Below, piece after piece: positions 37,508 to 52,275 of a stretch of DNA of 64,000 nt. Numbering within the stretch: position 1 is the first letter of the stretch; each line of letters starts with the position of its first letter. The stretch comes from Heterodontus francisci (lineage: Eukaryota). Made by a program: the position numbers and the translations under genes. The stretch is taken from positions 20,036,529-20,100,528 of the forward strand of contig NC_090399.1 of the NCBI RefSeq assembly GCF_036365525.1, read 5' to 3'. Below the pieces are notes generated by a model. That model did no database searches and was not told where the DNA came from. It was given only the letters and a program-made list of their open reading frames with translations.

Positions 37508-40500
37508 TGGTGTACGTCAAGAATATCAATGTGATACCAAGAAACAACTGAAGACACTGGATGCTGCAAAGGCAATGGACCTTGACAACGTTCCGGCAAT
37601 AGTACTGAAGACCAGTACCTGATATGAAATGTGACCCGTGGTAAGATGGAATTTCTTCTGGAAATCGGTTTTGCAGGATGAATTTCCTGGAATAATTCCA
37701 GAATGTGTTTTGACAAGGTCCCAGGCTCATAAGGTTAAACAAGATGAGATGGATTCAGATGTTTTCGAGGACAATTCCGATGTTTGGTTGGCTGAAATAT
37801 TTTTCAGGGATTTGGATGAGGACATTGGTGTTAAAGGCTCCAAGGTTAACAATGGGGAATTGTTTAGCAGATCTCCCGTGATTTTGGGACACAACAGGCA
37901 GATCCTGATTTTAGGAGCTTGTCTCAGGCGACCTGTTTTGAGCCACAGACTGAAAAGTTTTATTAGTGTTATTACATCAAGAAAGATGAGGAAGTGGAGA
38001 CATCCCCGCTGATGAGGATTGGACTGTAATCCATCAAATGGTTGTCCCTCCTTGCTATCATAGTGTAATTTAGAGAATTGCCAATGAAATCCCAGTCACA
38101 GGTCATTTGTGTTTTCCAAAAACTCAGGTTAGGGTAATGACATATTGTTACTAGCAAAGCTGCATCAGGATGTGGTTCACTATTGTAAGACATGCCACAC
38201 ATGTCAAATGGTTGGGATCCACAACCTATATCTTTACCTTTGCCACCTATCTCAATAAAAGCAGATTTCCTTTCATTATCAAAAGTCTTTTCTTTCCAAT
38301 TTCTCTGAAAGTTTCCAAATTGAGGCCTGTGACAACTGCTTTGTGAATCAATTCATAATCATGTGCTACTACTGCGGCTTCCTTTATTTTACAAACTTCA
38401 TTTTTAAAAATTTGTTTGTGGGGTGTGGACGTTGCTGGCTAGGCCAACATTTATTGCCCATCCCTAAATGCCTTTGAACTGAGTGGCTTGCGAGGCCATT
38501 TCAAAATGCTTTTTTGTGTCTGGAGTCAGATGGAGGTCAGACCACGTAAGGATGGCAGATTTCCTTCCGAAAAGGACATTAGTGAAACAGATGGGTTTTT
38601 CTGACAATCGACAGTGGTTTCATGGTCACCATTAAACTAGCTTTTTAATTCCAGAATTGTGAAGAAAATTCAAACTTCACCTTCTCCGATGGTGGGATTC
38701 GATCCCATGTCCCCAGATCTTTAGTTTGTGCTCTGGAATACAAGTTTAATGACATGAACACTCTGCCGCGACCTCCCCCATGTTGTTTCATTTGGAAACT
38801 TATTCCTGAACGAATACTGTGTTTCAAATCTTCCATCAGAATTACTTCCCTCAGGCTCTCAAAGTCTTATGCAATCTTTATTGACCGATACCACCTATCA
38901 AATTCAATCGTGTCTTTCAACAGGAAATAGGATAAATACTTGAAGGGAAATGAAATGGGAGTAGAGGGGGAAAGGACCGGATGTGGGACTGGATAAATTG
39001 CTCTTGCAGAGAGTAGGCACGGGCTTGATGGGCCGAATCACCTCCTTCACGAGGAGTGACAGCGCCCATTAAGGCCTGATCACTCACTAATCGAGGAAGA
39101 GGTCTTGCAAATAAAGATGAGTGTTGAGGCTGGAGGACACATCCTGCAGGTTTCTTGTCTAATTAACAGTGTGCCTGTTCTGAACGAAATCTCACACTGA
39201 CACACAATGCATAGCAAAATTCAGCTGCTTTCAGCTGACGCTCATCAGTCTTTGCTTGACCTCAACCCTAAATACTAATTCTTGACCTTCTGTTCTATTT
39301 CAGGGCAATGGAATGTGCCCAGAACCGGAGGTGTGGGAAATGGGTTGCACTTGTGATCATGCGGAAGCACCCACGCTTACTTCCGCAAGCATCAGCTCAG
39401 AGACTTGCATTGCCAGTACTTAGGTTGGTATGCAAGATGGTTATGGACTGTTCGACTCAAGGAGCACCAGAGAATGGAAAATGGGGAGCGGGATAGGTTG
39501 GTTAGTAAGGGGCTTTCTGTAGGAAGAGCTAACATCTTAAAGAGCACAGCTGAAGATTTCGAGGACACAGTCAACATTCAAAAACTGATTCCTATTTACC
39601 AGGGCTATTTCAGTGCTTTGGGCAGCCTGCCTGCGATTCGACACACAATGACAGAGAGCATGGAAAAATCCAGCTCCAGCTATTGGTGGGCGGGGTGTGG
39701 GGGTGGGGGGCGCGAGAGGGGGAGGCGTGTGTGTTTGTGAGGGGTGGGGTGGGCGTGTGAATGGATCATTCAGAACGGTTTTAACACCTTAATGTTGAGA
39801 ATGAAGTGAGACAATTGAAGTCAACGGAATTGAGTATTGGGTAGGGCGCATAAAGGGCGGTCGATTCCATGCCACCCACATTGCTTTCATGCCGAATGCA
39901 AACTATTATCCTGTAGATTTTTAGACTGCTTTAGGGAAATAGCAGATCCACCTTGTATTCCTGCTGATTTATATTATTCCTTTTTAGTAATGCATCAAAG
40001 ACAGCCTGCGCTACAATTAAACTGCTTCATGCAGTACAGACATCAACAACGACCTGCGGGGCACAAACCAGGCAGAACCACTTTTGCTGCCTTTTCTTCC
40101 AGATGCCGATATTCAGTGCTATTGAAGTCAAGTAGATTGAATATCAGCAGGGGCGTGTAACGAGCCACCAATGCAATGCCACCTGCTTTGTCGATATCCA
40201 CTCCCGTGTACTTGTATGGCATGTTTAATGCAGAAAACCATCCCAAAGCACTTCAGAGAGGCCGAATCAAATAATAATAGATATTGAACCAAGAGTAATT
40301 CTGAGAATAGGATTGGTCAAAAAGGTGGGTGTTAGGGACTGTCTTAAAGCAGTTGAGGGATAGTAAGGTGGAGCGGTTCAGAGCAGCAATTCCACAGAGC
40401 GGGTGTCTGTGGCTCCAGGTTTGACAGCAAGAGGGGATCGAATTCAGTCTTTGCTGAAGATGTCGTAATTGAAGAGGGAGGACAGTTGGGATGTTAGGCA

Positions 40501-41115
40501 TGGAGCAGGTCACAGGGATAGAAAGAGAGAATAGGCTGAAGTTCAGGGAGGGTGGCTAATCGGAACCTGGACAGTAATAATCGGGGTAGCTTTGACGTTA
40601 GACCATTGTGTAAAACCTGTGGTATGGAGTGCACCACTCGGGAAGAAGCTCTCCTGATGTTTTTTTCCAACAAAGTCGAAATTACCCCACTTAGCTCTGC
40701 TGGTGTCAAAGGCATGAACCAGGGTTTGAACGTCTGATGCATTGACGAAAAGCTGGAGTTCGACAACATTAAGACGGTGAAACTTGTCGGTCTGTATCCA
40801 CTTCTCGGTTCATCCTAAACCCAATGTCCCATTAACGCTGAGCTGCTGCAATCAAAATGCAGCAACGGAGCAAGAGTCTCAGAGGCGAGGATTTTTTCAG
40901 TCTGAGATTGCACACTGTTTTTAATTCTCTGGGGATCGGGGAGTTCATGTTAATTGCTGGTTTATGAAGAGATGTAGTAACTTGTTTGTTTGAAAGCATC
41001 TAGCTAATGACACCGGTTCTGTGACCTCACTCTCTCACTGGACGATTGGCTCGTGTATAAATGAGGTTGTTTCAGTGCATTGCCTCGTATCAACCGCTCC
41101 TGGTGTTCGGAGAAA

Positions 41116-44100
41116 ATGGGACGACAGGCACTTCCGATAGAAATGTTGTATCCGATTCTCGCAGTTATTGGCATTCCTGGTAAGTAATTCGAAACTATCC
41201 TGGAAAATTTAGTGCACCATTGCTAAATTGCATTATTATTTTCCCTGCGTGTTTTTGTTATTGTCGTTGTTGTCTTTGTGGCGGTAATTTGCATTGGCCA
41301 GGTGGTAAGGACGATCAATAGAATGCTCGCCCATTGATGAGCTCGTCCGATTCTCATCCCCTTTGATGTTTATGTTAATGGCTCAGTCCGGTTCTATATC
41401 ACTGGGCGGGCAGTCAACCCCTCCACATGACAAAGTGAAAATGGACCCTGTGTCATTTGGACTGAGCTGTGGCTCTGTCGGTCGCAATCTCTGCTTTGAG
41501 TCGGATAATCTTGCGTTTCCCTCCCATTTCAGTGAGTTGAGTTCATACTGTAAGCCGACATTTCAGTGCAATATTGATGAAGTGATGCTATATTGTCGAA
41601 TCATAGAATGGTTACAGCACAGAAGGAAACCATTCATCACGTCGTGTCCATGCCAGGTCTCAGGGAGTGCAGCACACCTCGTCCCATTCCACACTCTTTC
41701 CCCCTGAGCCCAGCATTTCTCACTTCAGATAACTATTCAATTCCCTTTTGAAAGCCACAATTCAATCTGCCTTCACCACACTCTCAGGCAGTGGATTCCA
41801 GATCCGAACCATTCACTGCATAAGATAACTTTTCCTCCCCTTTGATTCTTTCACCAAACGCCTTAAATCGGTGTCCTCTGATTCTCGACCCTCCCGCCAA
41901 TGGGAACAGTTTCTCTCTATCTATTCTGTCCTGTCCCCCTCATGATTTTGAATACCTCTATCAAATCTCCTCTCAATTATCTCTTCTTTAAGCAGAATAG
42001 TCCCAACAGATCAGTAAATGAAGTCCCTCATCCCCAGAACCATTTTGTAAATATTTTCTGCACTCTCTTCAATGCTTTCACGTCCTTCCAAAAGTGTGGT
42101 GCCCAGAATTGTATAGAATACTCCAGCTGAGGCCGAGCCAGTGTTTTATAATGGCCCAACATTAACTTCCTTGCTTTTCTACTCTGTGCTGCGATCTATA
42201 AAGCCCAGCATCCATATTCCTTATTAACCAATTTCTCAACCTGCCCTGTCACCTTCAACGATTTGTGCTCATACACCCGTCCCCCACATCCCCGCCAGAA
42301 CCCTCTGCTCCTACACCTTCTTTAGAATTGTTTATCCATTATTTTATATTTCCTTTCCTCATTCTTAAAATCATCTTTTTATGAGACGTTAAAAAGTAAC
42401 TGATTTAATTTTAATAAAAATGCAGTACTGGTTCAGCTGGATACAATCGTCATACTGCTAAATGTTGAATTAAATCTCGAACTATTCACGTATGGGGTAA
42501 TTTTCACTTTGTATTAACATCAATGCGCAAGAAAGACGGAAGGGCTGTAAAATACGGGGCCCATTTGATATCAATTGCTTTTGTTTTTTTTTTGCACGGC
42601 AATGAAAGTTAAAAATGTTCCCAATGTTTCTACTTGCATTGAAAGGGAGATAAAACAGCATTAATCAGTAATAGGCAAGGAATGTTTATATGTTTTCACC
42701 GAATCAAACCGTACAAAACTGATGGCATTGGATGCAACGCTGATTTTACCTGTCGCCCGATTTTCTTCTCTATTGAAGTCACTGTGAACAACATTGGGCG
42801 GAACGAGCATCCCATAGAATCCGTCAGCATCCGGCCCAGCAAGTTACTTCCAAATGGCTCCCATTAATGGTTTCATATTAGAATATCATGAAGTTACCGC
42901 AGGGAAAAAATGTCTGGCAAGAAGATGGGGAAGTTTGCAGCAGCTGCTACGTGACAATTTATTCCAATCCAGGTTAACTATTAGCTATATTGTGCAATGG
43001 GTAATATTGAATTCACCGCCCCTTGTACATTCAGCCTGTTACTCTCTTCCAATGACTTCCATGGAAAAAAAATGGATGGCCAATTAGATACCGCTATTTG
43101 ACCCGGTCACACAGGGCTAAAATTACCCCCGGTTCCTCCACCCCACAACTCCCAGCCTTATGATGCTTAACACCAGATTTCCAACTTGCTGTCAGTGTAC
43201 ATCTCTGTTGAATGTTCTGTTAAATTTCCTGTTTTTGCATTTCTACCAGCAAACCTGCTGTCATTTCTGGTTCTTTTCCAAAGGAAATGCGGTCTTTCCA
43301 GAGGAATCACTCGTTATATGATGGCCATGGCAGTGGGAGACCTCATGGTCCTTATCTTTAATGTTATTGTGAACGAAATCATCAAGTATCATTTTCCAGA
43401 TTCATTGCTGAACTACACTTCCGCGTGTCGTTTTAGTGCCTTCATGCAAGGGTTTAGCATTCAGCTCTCTATCTGGTTCACAATGTCGTTCACCTTTGAC
43501 CGTTTTGTCGCAATTTGTTGCCAGAAATTGAAATCAAGATATTGCACCGAAAGGTCAGCCACCATGGTTATAACGACCATGTGTGTGCTCAACATTTTGA
43601 TCAATATTCCCATGCCTTTCCGCTATGAGCCCGATTACATTCTCAACAATATACAGTGGGGCTGCCGCACCATCACAGGATATTTTACTTCACCCGCATG
43701 GAAGGTTCACCAATGGATTACTATCCTCTCAAGTACATTACTTCCAATTCCTTTGCTGCTGCTGTTCAACTCTCTCACCGTCAGGCACATCTTATTAGCC
43801 AGCAGAGCTCGCAAAGCCCTGAAGAACCACAACAATGGGAAAAACGGCAGTGATCCCGAGATGAAGAACAGAAGAACATCCATCATTCTACTCTTTGCTA
43901 TCTCGGGCACTTTTATTGTGTTGTCGGCCCCTATTACCGTAATACACATCTGTGTCGGTGTCACACAGACAGTCTATTTCCAAGGTTCAAACTCACTTTA
44001 TTTGGCAATTAGAATCACATTTCTGTTGATGTGCACCAGCTCCTGTACAAACACTTGTATTTATGCACTGACACAGAGGAGATTCAGAGCAGAGATCAAA

Positions 44101-44148
44101 AATATGGTGAAATATCCGTATTATCTCATTGTTAAATTATTTAAATAA
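41116..44148 (+). CDS. GPR139/GPR142-like GPCR, copy 3 (exons 41116-41179 and 43250-44148; 320 aa)
   Basis: Same splice sites and intact frame as copy 1. Confidence 0.9.
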
Positions 44149-47100
44149 TTGTTGAATAAAGTAAGTGAAATCAAACTTCAATTAATTGCCTGGCATTTTC
44201 TTTGCAACTTTCACAATGTCTTTTAAAGTTCTAAGGGCAAAACATCTCACAGTTTGGAAGAGTCCATTTGATTTATAAATTTATAAAAATTTGAATAAGT
44301 TGAGGAGGCAGAATCATCCCCTTCAGAATCTCTGGTTACGTTTGTTTATCCGGTTATTAATGTCCACGCACTTTGAATGCCGAATTGGAGGATGATGTGA
44401 CATAGCAGAGCACCTTGACAGGTTCAAATAATAAAGATCTTTCAACACACTGACATCCGAATTTGGAGCAGGAGGAGGCCTGTCATTCCTTCGAGCCTGC
44501 TCCGCCATTTGATAAGATCATGGCAGATCTGGTTATGGCCTCAAATTTCCTGTCTACCTGATGTAACGCTGACTCCCTTATCAATCAGGATTCTATCTAA
44601 AACAGCACCTCAAGAGTCAGATCACCATGAAATACAATGGGATATTGTGTTTGATGGCAGGTGTTATGGAATATAAATATAGAGATTTAGTGGTGAATCT
44701 CTCCCAGACTTTTGTGAGACCAAACCCGCAGTATTTTGTGCTGTTTTGGACTCAACACTGTTGGCCAATTTGGATGTAATAGTGAGGACACAGCGTAGTA
44801 AACTCACTAGCAAGATGTCGGACATGAATAAATCCAAATATGAAAAATGAGTTCGTTCTCAATCAGAAGAGAAGAGATTTCAGGCTGAATTAATAGAGAT
44901 GGTTGCAGTAATGAAAGCCTGGAGCAGAATAGATAGATGCAACGATTGATGGGTCTATCAGCAGTGAACATAGATCTTGAGAGTAAATGAAAGAGATTTA
45001 GGACAGAGAACAGAAGAAACTTTGTGACACCTAGAATTGTGAAGCTGTGACTTGGATTTTTGGAGTTATTGATTGAAGCAGAGACTGTGACAACTTTAAC
45101 GGGTTTGATATGATGTTTAAAGACCAATGAATAAAGTAATATTGGAGCAGTGCGACCAGATATGATTAAAACTATTGCTTATGTAGATGACAAATACAGA
45201 TGTGGGTTGATCTGCCCCAACGACCTGCTTTCGTGTTGCAATTTCTATGAAATTCATTTTTTCATGTGGTAATTGATTTGTTTTCTTCTGCTGGCAAGAC
45301 TTCATGTCTGGCCAATTCCTTGCAGCCCTGAGGATGTGATGGCCAGCCTTCAATTTTACCTGCTGCTCCCCTTCTGATGGTGCAGCAGCGATGATGCCAG
45401 GAAGGGAATCCCAGGATACAGATACAGCGACCATGAACAAATTGTGACATATGTCTAAGCTAGAATGGTATGTGACTTACAAATGATGATGTTCCAATGA
45501 CATTTTGTCCCTGTGCTTCTCGGTGGGAGAGGTTACAGGTGAGGAAGGTGCTGTCGAATTAAACTTGATGGCTTGCTGCAGTGCATCCGATAAACTGTAT
45601 TTTCAGGAACCATCGTGTGTCAGCTGCAGAGGGAAGGACACTGAGCTCAGGGACATGGGCACTGATGAAGGGAACTGCTCTGTCCCGTATGAGATCGAGC
45701 TTCTTGAGTTATATAGTTCCTGCACCCATCCTGTCGATTGGTCTATATTCCCTCACACACCTGACTTGTGGCCTTTACTTGATGTTGAGGATTTGGAACG
45801 GGATCGGGGTGAAGGGAGAGGTGCGAGCGGATGTGTGCCACTCTGAGACGCTGTGGTACTGATAGTTAGTTTGTAAAACAATATCAAATTGATGCAGTAT
45901 GTATTGCTCTTCTGAGATTTCAACTGATGAAATGGGTTGCAGCAAAGTAGTGGAAGTTTCTTCAGTCTCCATTTAAGCTGTGCTCCAGCTGACCTTAGCG
46001 TGTCTCCACGCAAAACTGTGAAAATTCTTGGCAATGCTTACAAGCTCAATCAGGCTGATCATGTAAGATATTCTATTCTCTCATTAATAGTGAATCTTTT
46101 ACAAAGGCAATGAATAAACCGGATCTGGTGGCTACCTCAACACGGTGCAGGGTTGGTACCCCAACGTTCTCCCGACGTCGGGTTCCCGACCCCCAGAAGG
46201 AAAATCCTTTTCACCAAAAGGAGGCACGGTTGTCTTGGCAACAAGTCCACTGTCACACTGAGGCCCTGTCACTAACTGAAAAACGACAGGTGGGAACCCT
46301 TCCAGCGCTCTCGACAAGTCTTTTCTTTTCCCCTTGCAGAACCTGCGTTTCCAGTTTCTTTTTAACTTTCTGTCTTTTGGAAATCCCACAGACGATTTTC
46401 TAATCTTCATTCTCAATATGGATGGGATAACCAGCGGGATTCCTGCAGAAATAATTTCCCTATCCCTCTCCACGTTGTGGCAGGAGATGGGGAGAACCCA
46501 CCCACAACCACATCCTCTCCCACCCATTGGAAATTCCATCCCTCAAAAATATTTCTTCTGGCAGAATATTTCGCAGCTGTGTCATATTGTTCTTCTATTT
46601 GACTGAGAGTTGGACCTTGTGATTGAGAAACTGCAGGTATGTTTCAGGCCGTTGACCCAATATAAATGGCCTCCTTCATTTTGCAGCACATCTCATGACC
46701 TTGGGTTTGTACTTGCTTTTGGCTTGACCAAATGTTCTCGTTTCGCCCTCGTTCCTGCTCTCGAGCAGTGGCTTTTACAGAATTTTCTTTTCTTCACATA
46801 ACTCAGATATGACATGATCAATTATTATTACAGTACTGTGCTGTATGTGTGGCAGAATGGAGTCCTGACAGTGATCATTTTATATTTTTTTATATAAATA
46901 CTGTATATCTTATAATAATTAATCTCTCAGGACTTTCCTGGTCTCTGCATCTCAGCTGCTCACTGGATAAACTTGCAGCAAGTATTTCAACTGAAAAAGT
47001 GAAAAACAGATTCGGAGTTGGAAGGTAGGTAAAGTGAACATTCCGTTGGTCGGGTTGGGTCGGACTCGGGTCGGGTTGGGCATGGGAAAAAATGGAAGGA

Positions 47101-48222
47101 CTCAGACCAGGTTGGGCTCGGGTATGATGTGGTTCTGTTGTTTTTTTTTTCAGACCCGAGCAGGCCTTTCATCTCCGCTTCTCTGATTCTGGCCTCGTGA
47201 GCTCCAACATTGGTGGCTGTGACTTCAGGTGCCTAGCCCCAAGCTCTGGAATTCCCTCACTCAACCTCTCCACTTCTCTCTCCTCCTTAAAGAAATTCAT
47301 TAAAAACCTACCACTCTGACCAAGCTTTTGGTCATCAGCTATAATATCATCTTATGTCACTTGGTCAAAGTTTGCTTATAATGCTCTTGTGAAGTGCCTT
47401 GTGATGTTATATTACATAAAAGGTGCAATATAAATGCAAGTTGTTTTTGTTGTTGTTGAAGAAGACTGGGGGTGTTCTCCCCAACTTCACTAAAACAAAT
47501 GATCTAGTCATTTATCTCATTGCTGTTTGTGGGAGTTTGCTGCTGTGTGTAAACTGGATGCTGCATTGTCTACATTTCAAGAGTGACTGCATTTCAAAAA
47601 GGGGTCGAATTGGCTGTGATGCACTTTTGGATGTCCTGGGGTGGTGAAAGGTGATTTATAAATGGAAATCTTTCAGGTCTTGCTTTACTGAAGACCAGCG
47701 TGGTCTGAAATGCTCAGGAAGATGACTGTGCATACAAACGAACAATTCAAAGGTCAGGTGCATCAGAAGGGAAAAACTCAGGTAGCAGAGACACTGAGAG
47801 ATATATGAAGCAGGAAAGCAAATTTGAATCAAAACAGTTGTTACAAGGGAAAGTGTATTAGCACAATTCCAAATAGAAATAATCAGAATAAGTATAGACA
47901 ATCAAAACTGTTAGGAATCAATTCACAGAAGTCATCCAAATACTTGGTTCAATTACAGGCATCACACAGGCACACTCACACACACTCACACATAGAGTAA
48001 CACACACAGGTTGGAGTGTGTCACAAAGAGTAACACACGGGGCGGAGTGAGTCTCTCACACACACAGAGTAACACAAAGGCTGGAGTGTGTCAAACACAC
48101 ACAGAGTAACACAAAGGCTGGAGTGTGTCACACAACATGACACGCAGGTTGGAATTTTCAAACACACTAAGCAACATACAGGCAGGGTCAGGCACACAAA
48201 CAGAGTAACACATAGGCTGGGG

Positions 48223-51200
48223 TCAGTCTTTAAACATTAATCTTTATTGCATAATAACTATATACACTCCACACAAGCCTGTGTGTCTCCTTCAAAAGCC
48301 TTGCTGTAACTGTTCTTGAGTCTCTCCCACATGATTTCTTAACTCATCCTGGTGGGCAGTAATCTTTACGTTCTCTCAAGATTAACCCTTTGATACCCTT
48401 ATACTACATTTTCTCCACGTTTGTAGCCTAAGATATATTTAGACACATTCATTTTTTCATTTACACGCTATCCGATCTCCTCCCAAGTCTCTGACTTCAT
48501 AGATTCAACCTATCAGGAGGCTTCACAACTCTCCCTAATCTTGTTGGTCGTCAGATGTGAAAGATTGATAATCTTTCTCTGATCCCTTGTTTCTTGACTT
48601 GGACGGTCTTTGTTGAGTTTTGTAGCATTTGGCACTTTTTGATTTTTCGGTTCATCATCTGAGTCGTCTAACTGTGTAACTAACGTCTTTGATGTAAAGG
48701 AATAAGATTCCTTCTATTTCTCCATTTAGGATCTTCTTGAGTCCATAGTAGAGAAGATCGCTGTTGATTCTCATCTTTCTGGAGAATTACCCTGTCTCTC
48801 TTTTGGTCTCGTACCCATACTTTTTGCCCTTCTGACAACTTTGGTAGGTTTCAGGTACGGAACCTTCTGTAATGATAATGGGTCTGCTTGTTTCAATATA
48901 TCTTTTCTATGTCCAGTATTTTCTGATAATCCTTGCCTTGCAATCCTGGAAGTAACTTCTTGCATCGAATTGGAAATTGCTTTTGAAGTTTTCATTAAGA
49001 GTTGTGATGGCGCTAATCTGCACAATAATGGAATAGTTCTGTATGTCAGTCGTGCTAAATGGAAATCTCTTTTTTTTCAATCAACATAATTTTAATGGTT
49101 CTGACTGCTCGCTCAGCTTCTCCATTTGATTGTGGATACTTAGGAGAGCTTGTTAGGTGAACAAATCCACATTATTCTGCAAAGTGCGTGAAGTAATCGT
49201 TTGCAAATTACAGTCCATTATCAGATAATATGTGATCAGGTATACCAGGTGTTGTGAAACTTCTTGTAAAACTCTGATGACTGCTTCAGTTGTTGTTGTG
49301 TTGTCCATCTTAACTTCGATCCATCCTGAGAAGTAATCAACTATAATTAGCTAGGCTCTTCCTTCAAAGAAGAACAAATCCACGGTCTAGTTGAGAATTG
49401 GGTCGAAATTAGAGTTTCTCTTTGATCTTGTCTTCCCCAGTTCTCTGTCCGTGTAGCACTCCTGTGAAACTCACTGCATTTCTGTTTCTCTCTCTGCTAA
49501 TCTTTGAGCAGCACGGCGGGCTGTGAAATATTGCATTGTGTGGGCTCTGTAGCGAAATCTGGACTCTCTGCAAAACTCAGGTCAGGGTAGGGGGCTCTTC
49601 CTCTGTCCTCACTCCTGGATTATTCTCGTTAATCTACTTCAACTTTCTCAATAATATGAAGATCAATAAAAGTTCTTCTACTTAAGACTGTGAACTCCTG
49701 ATTTCTTAGGACGTACAGTGTTTCTAATATTTACTTTCCATTATATTGAAGCGTTGCTTGTAACTTCCCCTTTACTTCAAGTACAAGACCTCCTGGGCCA
49801 TGCAACTGAGTTTCTATTGCTTGCTCCGGTGTCAAGTTTGAAATGTGTCTGCTGACCAAAATGCTCGTTTCGGATCATTGATCTCACCCAGAAAATATTT
49901 CGATTGGTCTGCTGCAGGAGCTTCTGTAACTTCATTTATCTCTCTATTCTTAACTACTTTTCCTTTAGAGGTTGATGTGGTCACGATTTTATTTCAGCAT
50001 AATCTTACTGAGATGCCCTATTTTTCTGTAATAAAGGCATTCTGCTCTATTGGCGGGACACTGTCCATGCCTGTGGGACGTTTTTGCACCACAATGTTTA
50101 AGGACATCTTTTGCTCTGCCCCCTGGTGTTCCTGTTTTCCTGGTACCTCTTGTTCAGCCGTCTGGTGAAGGAACTGTTACAGGAGGATTCCTGTTCCGGG
50201 GTCTTTCCTCACCTCGTATGATTGGTCTGTTATTGCTGCAATAATTGATGTCGGCAACAAAAGCTTTCAAGACTTGTTCAAATTTTGTTGATTTTCTCAA
50301 TACGCTGCTATTATATCATCAGCTACAGCACCAATTAAATACAATTATGTATTCATTATGGATCCCTTGTGACTTTTGAAATTCTCTGGAACTCCCAATT
50401 TTTGATCCATTTTAAAAAAATTTATAGACTTTTTAGCGTGTTCCCCTTTCAGAAAATCTTTTTCTCACACTAGCTTGCTTTGATGGAGTGTAGCAGGTCT
50501 TTGAGAGAGTTCCTGATGTTTTAAATAGGCTTTCTAGGGGTTTTCCCTTTGCTTAAGCAGCTCACTTATATCTTTATTTATTCTGAGATACAGCACTGAA
50601 ACAGGCCCTTTGGCCCACCGAGTCTGTTCCAATCAACAACCACCCATTGATACTAACTCTACACTACCCCCATATTTTCTACCACATCCCCACCATTCTC
50701 CTACCACCTGCCTACACTAGGGGCAATTTACAATGGCCAATTTACCTATCAACCTGCAAGTCTTTTGGAGGTGGGAGGAAACCGGAACACCCGGCGGAAA
50801 CCCACGCAGACACAGGGAGAACTTGCAAACTCTGCACAGGCAGTACTCAGAATCGAACCCGGGTCGCTGGAGCTGTGAGGCTGCAGTGCTAACCACGGCG
50901 CCACTGACAGCTGACGCAGCTATCTATTGGAATTAACAGCGTTGTTCCATAGACAGTTTCAGGGTTTTCCCCTTTTCTTTTTAAGATCACGAGATACTTC
51001 AAGCTTGACTGCTTTAATGATTTTTTCAGGCTTGGCTGCATTAATGGAGATTCTGCTGTATTCGGGGTTTCCCTGCCCTATTTTCTCTTCAGTATCGGAC
51101 TTTTCCCGTACATTTTTTTCAGTTCGTGCACTTTTCAGGGTTTTCTCCACTCTCCACCCTTGCATTCAGCTGAGTGAGGGATGGGTTGACCCCATTGCTT

Positions 51201-51707
51201 TTTTCTTTCAATCTCACACTGAGCCTTTGGAAAAAATAATTTCTAAAAACTCTTCAAAGTCTTTTTTTAAAACCAGGATTTCTCAGTCATCAGCACAATG
51301 ATTTACCCAATTGCCTGTTTGCAGCCATGCTTCCATTCCATGGAGCTTCTCTCAGCCTTCAAAGATCTGTTGTTTCTTTTTATCTTTTCAGATACTTATT
51401 TTAAATTCTCTCTTCTGGCTGAAGGATGCTAGTTACTTCAAACTTTTTCTTCTGGGTGTAGAATCCCTCCACTGTTCACCATATTATATGTTTGGTTCTT
51501 CATGCTGCCACCGTCAGAGAGGTTCTTAGACTGTCGTGTTTAAACATTAATAATTATTGCATTGTAAGGATATACACTTCACACCAGCCTGTGTGTCTCC
51601 TTCAATAACCACGCTGTAATTGTTCCCAAGTCTCTCCCACATAATCCCTTACATCATCATGGTGGGCAGTAACCTTTATGTTCTCTCAAGATTAACCCTT
51701 TGAGACA
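48223..51707 (-). mobile_element. Same Gypsy remnant, unit 3
   Basis: Paralogous LTRs and internal region. Confidence 0.85.
50572..50905 (-). mobile_element. V-SINE (HE1-like), unit 3 copy
   Basis: Paralog of 13236-13572. Confidence 0.82.
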
Positions 51708-51719
51708 TTTAGATGACAA

Positions 51720-52177
51720 AGCACACAGGCTGAAGTGTGTCACATACACACAGAGTAACACACTGGCTGCAGTGTGTCACATTCACACAGATTAGCACAC
51801 AGGCTGGAGGTATGACATACACGCATAGTAACACACAGGCTGCATTGTGTCACAGCAAAGAGTAACACACAGGCTGCAGTGTGTCACATACGCACAGAGT
51901 AACACACTGGCTGCAGTGTGTCACATTCACACAGATTAGCACACAGGCTGGAGGTATCACATACACACATAATAACACACAGGCTGCATTGTGTCACAGC
52001 AAAGAGTAACACACAGGCTGGAGTGTGTCACATTCACACAGAGGAACACACAGGCTGGAATGAGTCACGAATGCAAAGTAACACCACAGACTGGAGCCAG
52101 TCTCTCTCTCTCAGAGTGGCACAGAGGCTGGAGTGTGTCACATACACAAAGTAACACACAGGCTGCAGTGTGTCACA
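51720..52177 (+). repeat. Minisatellite block 2, unit 3, left of CR1-B (continues 57370-57712)
   Basis: Same repeat unit. Confidence 0.9.
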
Positions 52178-52275
52178 CATAGAACATAGAACATACAGCA
52201 CAGAACAGGCCCTTCGGCCCACAATGTTGTGCCGATCCTTTGTCCTCTGTCAAGGACAATTTAATCTATACCCCA

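Larger units (their letters stand above)
16709..38356 (+). repeat. Segmental duplication unit 2 (adds CR1-A and an expanded minisatellite)
   Basis: Collinear with unit 1; extra length explained mainly by 33592-37507 and minisatellite expansion. Confidence 0.95.

Noticed and set aside
37508-37716. Apparent novel N-terminal fusion on CR1-A ORF1 (also 62657-62865)
   Set aside because: Chance open frame in flanking transposon debris, TTG start, no promoter evidence.
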